Shown: positions 62,532 to 64,000 of the stretch, in pieces | How the letters are laid out: each line of letters starts with the position of its first letter | Position numbering within the stretch: the stretch's first letter is position 1 | Assembly (NCBI RefSeq): GCF_009834535.1 | Contig: NC_045697.1 | Coordinates: 62,498,001-62,562,000, forward strand | Direction: 5' to 3' | DNA length: 64,000 bases | DNA from: Camelus ferus | Lineage: Eukaryota | Program-made: the position numbers and the translations under genes | Notes under the pieces: model-generated | Database searches by the model: none | Told to the model about the DNA's origin: nothing | What the model saw: the letters and a program-made list of their open reading frames with translations, nothing else

Positions 62532-64000
62532 TTATGGTTCTAAGATTTCTCTAGGCTATGTTTAAGTATGACTCTTCTTTTTTGATCCTATTCCCTAAAA
62601 ATCTTACATCTGATAATGTTCTTTAATTTCTTCTCTCCATTCTCTCTGTTCTCTCCTTCTGGAACACACTGACTCATGAAGGGAACCTCTCATCACTGCA
62701 CTGTTAGTCACTCCATATTCATGATCAGGAAAAGGGTCTGACTGCACAGTCTGTTTGAATCCTGCCTTTACTCAATGACCTTAATTATTCTACAGGCCCT
62801 TCCTGTTTTGTGTTCATATTTATTCTGAACATGGAATTTCTCTGAACAACGCAGGATAAACTGCCTTTTTCTGTGCAAAACCACATCTCTGCATATGTTC
62901 TGGCTGTGGTTTCCCTATTCATGTTCCACCGTCTGATCCCACTGACTTTCTGTCTTCTAGATCTTTTTCATAATTTCTGGCCTATTGTCAAAATCCATTC
63001 TTGTTTACAGGTTTATACTTTGTAAATATACATCCTTATTGTTACATTAATAGATTTCCCGCAGGATAGGGAGTGAATGTGTGTGCTCAGTCTATCATTT
63101 TGAATCAGTTGACTGATAGTTTTTAATCTATTTATTTACCCAAGTTTGTATGTTTTCCCATCAGGCCTTTCAAACCATATTGGTATTCAAAGCTCTTCTG
63201 TAATTTTGTTTTTACTTTGTCTAGGATCCAGGCATAATTCATGGCTGTCTCTGAAAATAAGATATTTTTCTCTCCATGAGAGAATTATTGTTTTTATGCA
63301 AGCTGAAATTTTAATAATCTCATTTATATCATAGAGCTTATATGGTATTGGATAATATCCTCTAGTAAGAAAAATCCCTAAATATACTTTATTATGCCTA
63401 GGTTTAAATTTATTTATGTTCCAAACTAGTCATGCATATCCATGTAAGCCCCTAAATTTGGGAGAAGGTTAACTTGTCTTCTTAATGAAACTGCCAATTT
63501 AGACTTTTTTTCAAATGCCACATTAGTTTAGTTAGATTTTCTGGTTCATAGAAACACACACACACAAAATGTACAATGATAATACTTGCAATATTATTCC
63601 CTAAGGCAAATTTAGTGCTAGAGAGTCTCAATTTGTACTAATGCAGGCAGATAATTTTAAGTATGTGTGGCACAAAATGTCCGATTAATGACCTGCTTAA
63701 TTATCAGAAATCAATTAAAACAACTGTAAAATGAACACAAGACTAAAGATTTCCAAAGTGAAAAGAAGCAGATAAAATACAACATAAATTGAGAAGGCTT
63801 TGCCTTTCATTTTTATTTCATTCTGTTTGATTTCTTTAAGGAAACCTATTTTTCAGGGATTTTCAATATATTAACTCTAGAGCTTCGTATTTCTTAACCT
63901 TCAGTAGCAGGGCCTCAGAAAGGGTGGAAATAATGCATTTACAGTGTGACAGTATATTTTTTTTCTTTTTCTTTTCCCTTGGTATTATTTTACATTTTGC

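Noticed and set aside
1..64000. A novel multi-gene system, CRISPR array, tRNA/rRNA or endogenous viral coding region
   Set aside because: All ORFs with recognisable protein motifs belong to L1 or Tigger; the LTRs are solo with no gag/pol/env seen; no repeat-spacer array or structured RNA gene was recognised.

Overview
AT-rich mammalian genomic DNA. The L1 3' ends are artiodactyl-type and most resemble camelid L1s; this is recognition from memory, not a database hit. I can support no host protein-coding exon, RNA gene or CRISPR array. Roughly a third of the window is LINE-1. The main element is a near-full-length (~6.46 kb) young L1 on the minus strand (36793-43256) with a perfect 14-bp target-site duplication; it is inactivated by 5 frameshifts and 1 nonsense codon. 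Also present: three related 5'-truncated L1s, several older L1 fragments, a terminally intact ~3.3 kb Tigger2-type DNA transposon, several MaLR/ERVL solo LTRs, MIR/L2 relics and microsatellites. I found no convincing new biological system. The best lead is the ~400-nt ORF1-ORF2 spacer of the young L1: it contains a strong splice acceptor, then a Kozak-context 75-codon ORF whose stop overlaps the ORF2 start. Other leads are retrotransposition junction signatures (short 3' transduction, template-switch duplications, a TSD-less insertion) and a minus-strand bias of L1s/LTRs that suggests an intron of a plus-strand gene. Boundaries and subfamily names of old repeats are approximate.
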